In this document: positions 27,157 to 37,365 of the stretch, piece by piece | Layout: the number at the start of each line of letters is the position of its first letter | Numbering within the stretch: the stretch's first letter is position 1 | Source of the DNA: Myxococcota bacterium | GTDB taxonomy: Bacteria > Myxococcota_A > UBA9160 > UBA6930 | Direction: 5' to 3' | NCBI GenBank assembly: GCA_965223415.1 | Contig: OZ245002.1 | Location: 3,616,001-3,680,000 of the forward strand | DNA: 64,000 nucleotides | Notes under the pieces: generated by a model | Told to the model about the DNA's origin: nothing | What the model saw: the letters and a program-made list of their open reading frames with translations, nothing else | The model's database searches: none | Program-made: the position numbers and the translations under genes

Positions 27157-28527
27157 ATGACGCCGCCTCCTGCCATGTCCGTCGCGGAGACCATGCGCCC
27201 GACCCCGGCGCCGCCGGACAGCAAGATCAACACGGACCTGCTCGGGGTCATGTACCACCGGCTCTCGCCCGGGTACCTGCTGTTGCTGGGCGCTGCGATG
27301 CTCTCGGTGGTCGCGGCCGGCGCCACCTGGGTGTGGCAGGTCTACATCGGCCTCGGCGTCGGCGGCTACACGCACCCGATCTTCTGGGGCGCCTACATCA
27401 TTACCTTCGTCTTCTGGGTCGGTATCGCCCACGCGGGCACGCTGATCTCGGCGATCCTCTACCTCTTCCGCGCGAAGTGGCGGAACGCGATCAACCGTGG
27501 GGCGGAGGCCATGACGGTCTTCGCCGTGCTCACGGCGGCCCAGTTCCTGGGCATCCACGTGGGCCGGATGTGGAAGAGCTACTTCATCCTTCCGTATCCG
27601 AACCAGCGCGGGCTGTGGGTCAACTTCAAGAGCCCCCTCGAGTGGGACACCTTCGCGATCTCGACCTACGCCACCATCTCGATCGTCTTCTTCTTCATCG
27701 GCCTGATCCCGGACCTGGCGATCGCTCGCGACCGCACCCGGGGCTGGCGGAAGCTCGTGTACACGGCGCTGGCCCTCGGCTGGCAGGGCACCACCCGCCA
27801 GTGGAAGTCCCACACCCGCTCGGTGCTCCACCTCTCGGGCCTGGCGACACCGCTGGTCCTCTCGGTTCACTCGGTGGTGTCCTGGGACTTCGCCATGTCG
27901 ATCGTGCCGGGCTGGCACGCGACGATCTTCGCGCCCTACTTCGTGGCCGGCGCGATCTTCTCGGGCTTCTCGATGGTGCTGACCTTCTTCATCCCGCTGC
28001 GTCGCATCTACGGGCTCGAGGAGTACATCACCGACTACCACTTCGACAACATCGCCCGCTTCATCCTCTTGACGGGGTGGATCGTCACCTACGGCTACGC
28101 GAGCGAGTACTTCGTCGCCTGGTACAGCGCGGTCGAACCGGAGCAGACCTCGTTCTGGCTGCGCGCCTTCGGGCCCTACTGGCTCTCCACCTGGGTGATG
28201 CTCTTCTGCAACTGCATCGCGCCCCAGATCTTCTGGTTCAAGTGGGCACGAACCACGCCATGGATCCTCTTCACCGTGGCCACGCTGGTGAACATCGGCA
28301 TGTGGTTCGAGCGCTACGTCATCATCATCACCGGCCTCTCCCGCGAGTACGAGCCGGCGGTGTGGGGCATCTACACGCCGAGCTGGGCGGAGCTCACCAT
28401 CTTCGCCGGCAGCTTCGGCTTCTTCGCCATGCTGTTCCTGCTGTTCATGAAGATCTTCCCCGTGATCGCGATCTACGAGGTGAAGGAGCTGGCCATCCAC
28501 GACAAGGCCCATGGAGGCGCGCACTGA
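27157..28527 (+). CDS. actC: Alternative complex III quinol-binding NrfD/PsrC-type subunit
   Basis: FVFWVGIAHAGTLISAIL, NFKSPLEWD, SVHSVVSWDFA, PGWHATIFAPYFVAGAIFSG, GMWFERY. Confidence 0.95.
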   Translation: MTPPPAMSVAETMRPTPAPPDSKINTDLLGVMYHRLSPGYLLLLGAAMLSVVAAGATWVWQVYIGLGVGGYTHPIFWGAYIITFVFWVGIAHAGTLISAILYLFRAKWRNAINRGAEAMTVFAVLTAAQFLGIHVGRMWKSYFILPYPNQRGLWVNFKSPLEWDTFAISTYATISIVFFFIGLIPDLAIARDRTRGWRKLVYTALALGWQGTTRQWKSHTRSVLHLSGLATPLVLSVHSVVSWDFAMSIVPGWHATIFAPYFVAGAIFSGFSMVLTFFIPLRRIYGLEEYITDYHFDNIARFILLTGWIVTYGYASEYFVAWYSAVEPEQTSFWLRAFGPYWLSTWVMLFCNCIAPQIFWFKWARTTPWILFTVATLVNIGMWFERYVIIITGLSREYEPAVWGIYTPSWAELTIFAGSFGFFAMLFLLFMKIFPVIAIYEVKELAIHDKAHGGAH

Positions 28528-29039
28528 TGCCCTCTCTCCTCGGCATCTACGAATCGCCCGGCCCGGTGGCCGAGGCCGCCACGAAGCTGAAGAACCGCGG
28601 GTTCGGCGAGCTGGAGATCTACGCTCCCGCCGCCTTCCCCGAGCTGGACGACGTGGTGCAGGAGAAGCCCTCGGCGGTGCGCCTGTGGACGCTGATCGGC
28701 GGCCTGCTGGGCGTCGTGACCGGCTTCGCCGTGACGATCTGGATGTCGATCGACTATCCGATCGTCGTCGGCGGCAAGCCCTTCGCCTCGATTCCGCCCT
28801 ACGTGATCATCGGCTTCGAGCTGACGATCCTGTTCGGCGGCCTCGCCACCCTGCTCGGCCTGCTGGTCGTCGGGGGGCTGCCCTACGGGACCTTCGGCGT
28901 GAACGATCCGGGCTACAGCGCGCGCTTCTCCGGCGAGGAGTTCGGGCTCGTCGTGTCCTGCCCCGAGCGGGATGTCCCCGAGGTGGATGCACTGCTGCGG
29001 GCGACCTCGGCCAAGGAGGTGAACCTTGTCGAGGCCTAG
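28527..29039 (+). CDS. actD: Alternative complex III ActD (DUF3341)
   Basis: TGATG overlap with actC; YPIVVGGKP, FELTILFG motifs; 2 TM. Confidence 0.9.
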   Translation: MPSLLGIYESPGPVAEAATKLKNRGFGELEIYAPAAFPELDDVVQEKPSAVRLWTLIGGLLGVVTGFAVTIWMSIDYPIVVGGKPFASIPPYVIIGFELTILFGGLATLLGLLVVGGLPYGTFGVNDPGYSARFSGEEFGLVVSCPERDVPEVDALLRATSAKEVNLVEA

Positions 29040-29589
29040 CCGACATCTTCCCGCCCACCTCCTCTTCTTCGTAGTGCTGCTGGGCGTGTCGGGCTCCGTG
29101 GGCTGCTGGGAGCAGTGGTCGGAGACTTGGTTCCCGCAGATGAAGTGGCAAAAGGCCGTCCAAGCCTTCGAGCGCGTCGACTTCGAGGGGCAGGTCGATC
29201 CCTTCATGCCGCCGGAAGGCGCCGTGGCGATCGACGCCGAGCTGCCCGCCGTTCCCCAGTACGACCCCTCGGTGGATCGCCTGCGCAACCCGCAGCCCGC
29301 GAACTTCAAGTCCGTGGCCCGGGGCCAGGAGGTCTACGAGATCTACTGCGAGACCTGCCACGGCGCGACCGGGCAGGGCGACGGCCCGGTCAGCATGGCC
29401 GGCACCCAGCAGGGCCCCTTCGCCGGCGTGTTCCCCCTGGTCACGGCCATGGCCCGCAGCGATGGCTACCTCTACAACCTCGTCCGCGCCGGTGGCCAGC
29501 GGATGCCCGGCTACGCGCGCATTCCCAGCGAAGACCGCTGGCACCTCGTGAACTACGTGCGGTTCCTGCAGAAGGGAGGACAGCCGTGA
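29026..29589 (+). CDS. actE: Alternative complex III monoheme cytochrome c lipoprotein
   Basis: AAGGAGG SD then TTG; lipobox SVGC; CETCH; MPGY; DRWHLVNYVR. Confidence 0.88.
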   Translation: MSRPSRHLPAHLLFFVVLLGVSGSVGCWEQWSETWFPQMKWQKAVQAFERVDFEGQVDPFMPPEGAVAIDAELPAVPQYDPSVDRLRNPQPANFKSVARGQEVYEIYCETCHGATGQGDGPVSMAGTQQGPFAGVFPLVTAMARSDGYLYNLVRAGGQRMPGYARIPSEDRWHLVNYVRFLQKGGQP

Positions 29590-30866
29590 GCGGCGTGTCC
29601 GAACGAGCCAACCCCCGGCCGCTTCCGGTCGGGCCGTTCTTTATTGCGGCCTTCCTCACGATGGTGGGGGTGCTGGCCTTCGCCGCCGGCCTGACTCGGG
29701 ATCCCGCCGCCGCCTGGCGCGCCTTCCATGTGAACACCCTCTACTTCGGCAGCATGGCCCAGGGCGGGCTCGTGCTGGCCTGCGCCTTTGTGATCGTCGG
29801 CGCGAAGTGGCCCGGAGCGGTGCGTCGCATCGCCGAATCGTTGGCGGCCTGGGTGCCCGTCACGCTGGTGCTGTTCGTGATCGGCTGGCTCGGCGGTCGC
29901 GAGTTCGTCTACGAGAACTGGCTCCACGGTCCGCCCCCCGGCAAGGAGCCCTGGCTCAACGAGCCCCGGCTCTTCTGGAGCAACTTCGCCGTGCTGGGGC
30001 TCCTGGCGGTCCTCTCGATCGCCTTCCTGAAGGCGTCCGTGCGGCCGCACCTGAACGGCGCCGCCGAGGGCGCCGAGGGCATCGCCAAGGGCCTGTTCGG
30101 CCGCTGGACCGCGGGCTGGCGCGGCGACGAGGGTGAGCGGGATGCCTCCGCCAACCGGCTGCGCGTGCTCGCGCCGATCATCGCGCTGACCTACGCGCTC
30201 GGCTACACGCTCGTGGCCTTCGACCAGGTCATGTCGCTCACGCCGACCTGGTTCTCCAACCTGTTCGGCGGCTTCTTCGCCTGGGGCGGCTTTCTGTGCG
30301 CCGTTTCCGCGACGACGGTTATGGCCGTGCTCTACCGCCGCTCCCCGGGCCTCGAAGGCAAGATCACGACGGACCAGTACCACGACCTGGGCAAGATGAT
30401 CTTCGCCTTCTCGATCTTCTGGATGTACCTCTTCTTCTCCCAGTACCTGGTGATCTGGTACGGCAACCTGCCCGAGGAGACCCAGTTCTTCTACGCGCGC
30501 CTGGGCAGCGAGTTCCTCCAAGGCACCTGGTACTGGCAGGGTTGGGCCGAGCGCATCACTGGCGAGCCCTGGGTGGTCGTGAGCCTGTTCGCCTGGGTGT
30601 GCATCTGGGTCATCCCCTTCTGGTGTCTGCTCGGGCAGAAGCCGAAGAAGACGCCAGCCTTCCTGGGCAGCATCGCCGCGATCTCCCTCACCGGCTTCTG
30701 GGTGGAGCGCAACGTGCTCGTGTGGCCGTCGCTGGTTCCGGACGACACCTATGCCTTCCTCGGCACCATCCAGGTCGGCATCGCCCTCGGCTTCCTCGGG
30801 CTCTTCGCCATGACGGTGATGGCCTACCAGCGCATCTTTCCGACGCTGCTCGTTCCCAAGGACTAG
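29586..30866 (+). CDS. actF: Alternative complex III membrane subunit F
   Basis: GTGA overlap with actE; MSLTPTWFSNLFG, HDLGKMIFAF, SQYLVIWYGNLPEET. Confidence 0.92.
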   Translation: MSGVSERANPRPLPVGPFFIAAFLTMVGVLAFAAGLTRDPAAAWRAFHVNTLYFGSMAQGGLVLACAFVIVGAKWPGAVRRIAESLAAWVPVTLVLFVIGWLGGREFVYENWLHGPPPGKEPWLNEPRLFWSNFAVLGLLAVLSIAFLKASVRPHLNGAAEGAEGIAKGLFGRWTAGWRGDEGERDASANRLRVLAPIIALTYALGYTLVAFDQVMSLTPTWFSNLFGGFFAWGGFLCAVSATTVMAVLYRRSPGLEGKITTDQYHDLGKMIFAFSIFWMYLFFSQYLVIWYGNLPEETQFFYARLGSEFLQGTWYWQGWAERITGEPWVVVSLFAWVCIWVIPFWCLLGQKPKKTPAFLGSIAAISLTGFWVERNVLVWPSLVPDDTYAFLGTIQVGIALGFLGLFAMTVMAYQRIFPTLLVPKD

Positions 30867-30892
30867 CCCTCCGTCCGGCTACACTTCGGGCC

Positions 30893-32272
30893 GTGGACGC
30901 CCATTCCCCGAACGTGGAGCTGCTGGAGACGGGCGTGCGGCTCGGCCGCACGGGGCGCGCGGCGTCCTTCGTCGCCTACCGCGATCTCCTGCACGTCGTG
31001 GGCATCGGACGGGGCCTCCGGCTCGCCACCGCGCGCGGCGTCCTGGCCGTTCCCCGCAGCGCCGGGGAGCCGCCTGCGGCGCCGATCGCCGCCGGCCAGG
31101 CACTACGGGAGCGGGTCCTGGCGCTGCCGGACGGCTCCGAGCGGATCCGCCGCATGGAGGACCTGGATCTCCTGATGCTGCGCGCGGGTCCTCCGCGGCT
31201 CAGTCAGGCCATCGCGGCACTCTGTGTCACCGCCTTCGCGCTCCAGCTGTGGATTCCCGGCTTCACCGAGCAGGGCGCCCTGCGGCCCGGCTGGCTGGCG
31301 GTGGAGCCCTGGGGTGCGGTGACGGCCCACTTCCTCCACGGGGCCTTCGCGGGCTTTCCCGCCTTGCTGTCGCCGCATCTGATCCTGAACGTGCTCTGCC
31401 TGCTCGGCCTCGGCGCCTTCGTCGAGCGCATGCTCGGCCAGGCGCGGACCGCGGTCGTTCTGCTGGCGGCCGGCGGCGGCGCGGCCCTCGCGTCCCTCGT
31501 CGCCGACTACGTTCGGGTCGTCGGCGCCTCGGGGCTGGTGATGGGGCTCGCCGGTGCCCTGGTCGTCCTGGAGTTCGGCCGGCCCGAGCGCATTCCGGCC
31601 CCCTGGCGGTTGCCGCGACGGCTGCTCATCGGCCTGCTGGGGGCGGACCTGTTGTTGACCGGCTTCATCCCCGACGTTGCCCACGCCGCCCACTGGGGCG
31701 GGCTCACCGCCGGCGGCCTCGCGGCGTGGCTCGCGACCTCCGACCCGGTGCCTCTCGCCCCTCCGCCCCGCTGGGTCGTGGCCGGCGCCGGGCTGGGTCT
31801 CTTCTCGGTGGTCGTGGCCGGGGCGGGCCTGGGCTGGGCCGTTCTCGACCCCGGCGCCGCCAGTCTCCGCCGCGCCGCCTACCTGGCCGACGATCCCGAC
31901 GCGTCTCCCGGGCTCCTGAACGACGCCGCTTGGACGATCGCCATCTCGGACGCGCCGGATGCGGAGCTGCTGGCCGCAGCGGAGGAGATGGCCGAGCGGG
32001 CGGTCGACGCCACCTCACGCAGCAACCCCAACCTGCTCGACACGCTGGCGGAGATCGCCTTCATCCGGGGCCGGCCGGAGGACGCCGTCGCCCTGATCGA
32101 CGAGGCCATCGCCCTGGCCCCGGAAGAGCCCTACTACCGGGAGCAGCGGCGCCGCTTCACCGGTGAGCGTGCCGCCGACGATCGCCCGGCGGACCCGTCG
32201 CTCCCGCCGCCGCGGCAGCGGCACCCCCCTCCGTCTCGCGAGCCGCTTCCGGAAGACGGCTTGCGGGTGTAG
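30893..32272 (+). CDS. Rhomboid-family intramembrane serine protease with C-terminal TPR-like domain
   Basis: HFLHG, HLILN, VGASG (catalytic Ser), AHWGGL (His); LLDTLAE...AIALAP TPR-like helices. Confidence 0.85.
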   Translation: MDAHSPNVELLETGVRLGRTGRAASFVAYRDLLHVVGIGRGLRLATARGVLAVPRSAGEPPAAPIAAGQALRERVLALPDGSERIRRMEDLDLLMLRAGPPRLSQAIAALCVTAFALQLWIPGFTEQGALRPGWLAVEPWGAVTAHFLHGAFAGFPALLSPHLILNVLCLLGLGAFVERMLGQARTAVVLLAAGGGAALASLVADYVRVVGASGLVMGLAGALVVLEFGRPERIPAPWRLPRRLLIGLLGADLLLTGFIPDVAHAAHWGGLTAGGLAAWLATSDPVPLAPPPRWVVAGAGLGLFSVVVAGAGLGWAVLDPGAASLRRAAYLADDPDASPGLLNDAAWTIAISDAPDAELLAAAEEMAERAVDATSRSNPNLLDTLAEIAFIRGRPEDAVALIDEAIALAPEEPYYREQRRRFTGERAADDRPADPSLPPPRQRHPPPSREPLPEDGLRV

Positions 32273-32298
32273 GTCGGGCCCGATCGCCCGGCGACCCG

Positions 32299-33260
32299 TC
32301 ACTCGACGAGCTCGCCGTCCTCCGGGATGACAACGGCGCCGCGGAAGCTCTCGCTCACCAGGTTCCGATACTGGGATTGGAATACCGGAGGAGGGCGCAG
32401 CCGCGTCAGGACGAGGCCGCGCACGCCAGCGCGCGTGGCCAGGGCGCCGGCGTCCTCGAGGCGCAGGTGGCGGGCGCCTTCCGCCTGGAGCTCCTCGAGC
32501 TGGTCCACCTCCGCTTCACTCGCGGCGTCGAGGGAGGCGCCGTAGAGGGCCTCGGTCCAAAGCCAGTCCGCGTCCTTGGCGAGGGCCGCCACCGCCGCCG
32601 TGGGGAGCCCATGGCTGGCGATCGCGATGGACCGGCCGCCGGATTCGATCCGCACGCCCAGGGTGGCCGGCTCGCTTCCGGCGAGCGGCACGACCCGGAC
32701 GGTCATGGCGCCGACCTCGAGCTGGGTCTCCGCCGAGATCTCGCGGACCGTGGTGAGCCCGCCCTCCGGCGGCAGGCCCCACCACTCGGCCAGGCGAAGG
32801 GCCTCGGCCTCGTGGGCGCTGCGCAGTCGCTCCACCAGGGCCGCCGTGCCCGGTGGCCCGAGCACGGTGAGCGGTGCCTCCCGCCGGCCGAGCCAGCCCG
32901 TGAGCCACAGGTCGTCCAGGCCCAGGGTGTTCTCCGGGAGCAGCGAGGTGAGGACGAGATGGGAGGGCTGCCAGACCGGGATCTCGGCGGCTCGCAGCGC
33001 TTGCGTGACGCCGCGGCCCGCGTCCACCAGCACCATGGCGTCGCTGGTCCCGACCGCCACCGCCGGACCGAGGCGGTTGTGGTTCTCGAAGGTCCCCCCG
33101 GTACCGACGGCCACGGCCGACAGGGTCTCGAACTTCCGGGCCTCGAGGGCGGCGATGCCTCCCGCCACCGCCTCGAAGCGCTTCGACGCCCAGGCCATCA
33201 CCCACATCACGACGACCAGGACGAAGAGCACCGCCAGCACACCCAGGCGCAGACCGCCGC

Positions 33261-33264
<4 letters not shown>
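32299..33264 (-). CDS. Membrane-anchored RNase Z/MBL-fold protein with degenerate metal-binding motif
   Basis: N-terminal TM; VGTGG, LVDAGRG, GPPGT framework, but TSLLPEN replaces THxHxDH; ATGA overlap with purU. Confidence 0.8.
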
Positions 33265-34127
<863 letters not shown>

Positions 34128-34159
34128 GGGCGGCGATGCTAGCCACGCCCCGGGCCGTC

Positions 34160-34168
34160 TGATAGGGT
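34160..34168 (+). promoter_or_regulatory. Extended -10 promoter (TGnTAGGGT) facing the structured intergenic region
   Basis: TGA-TAGGGT at 34160-34168, divergent from purU. Confidence 0.4.
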
Positions 34169-34233
34169 GCCGGACAGGGGAAATCACTCATTCCCGAGTC
34201 TCGGCGGGCGGTTCGTCCGCGCCGGCGAGGCGA

Positions 34234-34441
34234 CCCGGGGCGGTGGGATCGGCGCCCTCAAGGCACCCGGGACCGAAGCGAGAACTGGGTCTCGTGGGGT
34301 ACGACCAACGCCGAGAAGGAGGTGCACAAACTTGGACCAATCTCAACCTACGGCGAGTGAGGTGGCGGCGTTCTAGCCACCCGAGCCGAAGATTGATTCT
34401 TCTCGGTCGTTGGGACGTCGTCCCAGGCCACCGCCCCCGGG
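34234..34441 (+). ncRNA. Candidate structured RNA containing a sequestered SD and a 14-codon ORF
   Basis: Nested complementary segments: CCCGGGGCGGTGG/CCACCGCCCCCGGG, ACGAC/GTCGT, CAACG/CGTTG, CCGAGAAGGA/TTCTTCTCGG, CAATCT/AGATTG, GGTGGC/GCCACC. Confidence 0.5.
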
Positions 34442-34753
34442 AGCGCGGACGCCGTAGCCGCATCCGGGTCCACGAGGACCTGCTCCCGGGGGTCGCTCAT
34501 TCCGCGACCGGCTGCGCGTCGGCGACCTGAGGGCGTCGGAGCTCCGGGACGGCTCGAAGCCCGCGCAGCGCCCCGCTTCCTGCCCGGACGGGGAAGGAGC
34601 TCGGAACCTCCGGGCTCCGGCGAGGAGAGGGCGCCGCGCGGGCGGAACCTCGAACCGCATCCAAGCTGGCATGCCCGCCCGACGCAGGCTGTGCGCGCGG
34701 TCACAGGGGTGCCATCATCCCACTCCATGCAATCACTTCCGGATCGACACAGG

Positions 34754-36142
34754 ATGCGCCGCCTGCTCGCAGGGGTCGTGCTGGGGGCGGCCCTGGCCGC
34801 GAGCGCCAGCGCGGTCTCGCCGGAGGAGCGCCTCGCGGCGGCGCTCCGCTTCCCGACGGTTTCCCACCAGGATCCGGGACGTTTCGACCCGGAGCCCTTC
34901 CAGGCGCTCCACGCCTTCCTGGAGGAGAGCTTTCCCCGCGTCCACTCCGCACTCCGGCGGGAGGTCGTGGCCGACTACAGCCTCCTCTACACCTGGCAGG
35001 GAAGCGACCCCTCGCTCCAGCCCCTGCTCCTCACCGCCCACCTCGACGTGGTTCCCGTGCCCGAGGGCACCGAGGACAGCTGGGAGCAGCCCCCTTGGAG
35101 CGGCGTCATCGTCGACGATCACGTCTGGGGCCGCGGTGCCCTCGATGACAAGGTCGGTGTGCTCGCCGCCCTCGAGGCGGTGGAGAACCTGCTCACCGGG
35201 GGCTTCGCGCCGCGACGCACGGTGCTGCTGGCCTTCGGCCACGACGAGGAGCTGGGCGGAGAGGCCGGGGCCGGTGCGATCACCGCGCTCCTCGAGGAGC
35301 GCGGCGTTCGCCTCTGGTTCAGCCTGGACGAGGGGATGGTCATCGCCCAGGACGGGGTGTTCGGCCTCGGGGCCCCCGTCGCGCTCATCGGGATCGCCGA
35401 GAAGGGGTACCTGTCCCTTCGCTTGACGGCGCGCGCGCCCGGCGGTCACTCGAGCATGCCGCCGAGAAGCGGTGCGATCGGCGCCCTCGCCCGGGCCGTC
35501 ACGGCCCTGGAGGAGAAACCGATGCCCGCGCGCACGGGCGGCGTCTTCGGCGAGACGATCCGCGCGATCGTTCCCCACCTCTCCCTCGGCCGTCGGCTCG
35601 TGCTCGGGACACCGCTCCTCTCGCGGCTGGCCCTGGCCGGCGTCGCCCGCGACCCGGCAGCCAACGCCTTCGTCCGCACGACCACCGCCGTGACCATGGC
35701 CGGCGCCGGCACGAAGGAGAACATCCTTCCGCGAGAGGCGTGGGCGCTGGCGAACTTCCGGATCGTGCCCGGCGACACGAGCGGCGAGGTGGTGGAACGG
35801 GTGCGGGCGATCGTCGGCCCGGAGATCGAGATCGAGGTCGTCCGGGCCCGGGAGCCTTCGACCACCTCCGATCCGGGGTCGGCGCCCTACCTCCTGCTCC
35901 GGGACACCCTCGCAGCCGTTGCTCCGGAGACGCGGGTGGTGCCGGGGCTCGTGGTCGGCGGCACGGACACCAAGCACTACGGTCGCATCGCCGACCAGAG
36001 CTTCCGCTTCACGCCGATCCGCATCCAGCTCTCGGACCGGACCCGCATCCACGGGGTGAGCGAACGCCTGGCGGTGGACTCCTACCTCGAGGCCATTCGC
36101 TGGTACGAGGCCCTTCTCGAGCGGGGGGCCGGCGGCGGCTGA
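34754..36142 (+). CDS. Secreted M20 metallopeptidase/amidohydrolase (carboxypeptidase S / PM20D1-like)
   Basis: Signal peptide; TAHLDVV, GRGALDDK, GHDEE, DEG, GGHSS, GGTD, IHG. Confidence 0.9.
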   Translation: MRRLLAGVVLGAALAASASAVSPEERLAAALRFPTVSHQDPGRFDPEPFQALHAFLEESFPRVHSALRREVVADYSLLYTWQGSDPSLQPLLLTAHLDVVPVPEGTEDSWEQPPWSGVIVDDHVWGRGALDDKVGVLAALEAVENLLTGGFAPRRTVLLAFGHDEELGGEAGAGAITALLEERGVRLWFSLDEGMVIAQDGVFGLGAPVALIGIAEKGYLSLRLTARAPGGHSSMPPRSGAIGALARAVTALEEKPMPARTGGVFGETIRAIVPHLSLGRRLVLGTPLLSRLALAGVARDPAANAFVRTTTAVTMAGAGTKENILPREAWALANFRIVPGDTSGEVVERVRAIVGPEIEIEVVRAREPSTTSDPGSAPYLLLRDTLAAVAPETRVVPGLVVGGTDTKHYGRIADQSFRFTPIRIQLSDRTRIHGVSERLAVDSYLEAIRWYEALLERGAGGG

Positions 36143-36211
36143 GCCCGGGCCCCGACCGGCGGCGGCCCCGGGGCCGGTCCAGGTTTTCGCCCCATCTGCC
36201 GATGGAGGGAG

Positions 36212-36703
36212 ATGCGTCTCCCGCTCCTGGCCCTCGTCCTGCCGCTGCTCGCTGCGATCCCGGCGCTTGGCGAGGGGTCGTTCAACCGGTTGCCGTCGCC
36301 ACCGAAGCCAGCTCCCGCCGCGGAGACCGCTCCGGAGGTGTCGCCGGCCCCGGCGGCTCCGCAGGTCGCCGCGCCCGCCGCCGAGCCGTCGCCGGCCGTC
36401 GCGCCCGCACCGGCCGCGCCCGAGGAGGCCTCAGAGGAGGAGGCGCCCCTGGGCGAGCCCACCCACGGCGAGGTCTGCGTCTACGGACCCGAGGGCGTCG
36501 TCTACGGGCCCCGCGGACGGGACTGCGGAGACGAGGTTCCGGCTCCGTCGGCTGCCGCCGAGGGACGCCAGGGCCGCTGCATCTTCGGCGCCGGTGGCCG
36601 GGTGGTCTATGCGCCTCCCGGGGTCGATTGTGCCGGTACGCTCCAGGACTCGACGCCCGAAGCCTCGCGCCGGCGGCCTCGGGCGCGGCGCCTGCGCTAC
36701 TAG
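36212..36703 (+). CDS. Secreted hypothetical protein with Pro/Ala linker and two Cys-bounded repeats
   Basis: GGAGG SD; signal peptide; CVYGPEGVVYGPRGRDC and CIFGAGGRVVYAPPGVDC. Confidence 0.7.
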   Translation: MRLPLLALVLPLLAAIPALGEGSFNRLPSPPKPAPAAETAPEVSPAPAAPQVAAPAAEPSPAVAPAPAAPEEASEEEAPLGEPTHGEVCVYGPEGVVYGPRGRDCGDEVPAPSAAAEGRQGRCIFGAGGRVVYAPPGVDCAGTLQDSTPEASRRRPRARRLRY

Positions 36704-37311
36704 GCCCGTTCCGGCGTCTCGGGGCGACCCGCCCCCTCGAGCCCGGTGTCGAGGGCTGCCAGGGCCTCGCCCAGCCAGCGCCGCGTTCCGGCCGGGTCCG
36801 CCATGCCGACCTGCTCGTGCAGGGCCCGGGTGAGCAGCGTCGCCATCAGTACGCCGATCCAGGGGCCCGGGTCGGCGAGCTCGAGGCCCCGACCTCCCAG
36901 GAAGCTACGGAACGCCTCGCGGAGCCCCAGGGCCTCCTCGAGCAGGGCCGGGGCCTGGCCGGAGCCGGCTCGGAGCCGGTCCTCCCGGGCCGGGTGGGAC
37001 ACCACCAGGAGGGTGATCGGCATGGCCTCCCGCAGGGAGTCGAGGGCGGCCAGGGCCAGCACGCCGAGCCCCTGGCGGAGGGTTTTCGCGCGGTCCGCCC
37101 GGCGCAGGGCGTCGGTCAGGTCCGGCCGCGGCACGCGCATGGCGCGGAAGAAGAGCTCGTCCTTCGTCCCGAAGCGCTGGAAGAGCACCCCCTCCGAGAC
37201 GCCGGCGTCGGCGGCGATGGCCCGGGTCGAGGCCCCGACGCCGTCGGCCAGGAAGCGGTCGCACGCAACCTCGAGCAGGCGTTCGTCGCTGATGGAGCGG
37301 CGTCGGGCCAT
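36700..37311 (-). CDS. TetR/AcrR-family regulator
   Basis: ASTRAIAADAGVSEGVLFQRFGTKDELF HTH. Confidence 0.9.
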   Translation of the reverse strand: MARRRSISDERLLEVACDRFLADGVGASTRAIAADAGVSEGVLFQRFGTKDELFFRAMRVPRPDLTDALRRADRAKTLRQGLGVLALAALDSLREAMPITLLVVSHPAREDRLRAGSGQAPALLEEALGLREAFRSFLGGRGLELADPGPWIGVLMATLLTRALHEQVGMADPAGTRRWLGEALAALDTGLEGAGRPETPERA

Positions 37312-37338
37312 GACCGAGGATAGGGCGGGATCGGTTGA

Positions 37339-37352
37339 TGAGCATGTGCTTA
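37339..37352. promoter_or_regulatory. Putative TetR operator
   Basis: Imperfect palindrome TGAGCA-TG-TGCTTA in an AT-rich patch just upstream of the TetR gene. Confidence 0.45.
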
Positions 37353-37365
37353 CATATAAACCAGG

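Noticed and set aside
34234..34441. tmRNA, 6S or SRP RNA identity
   Set aside because: No TTCGA T-loop or CCA end, the ORF has its own SD and start, no symmetric central bubble, no SRP GGAA-loop motif.
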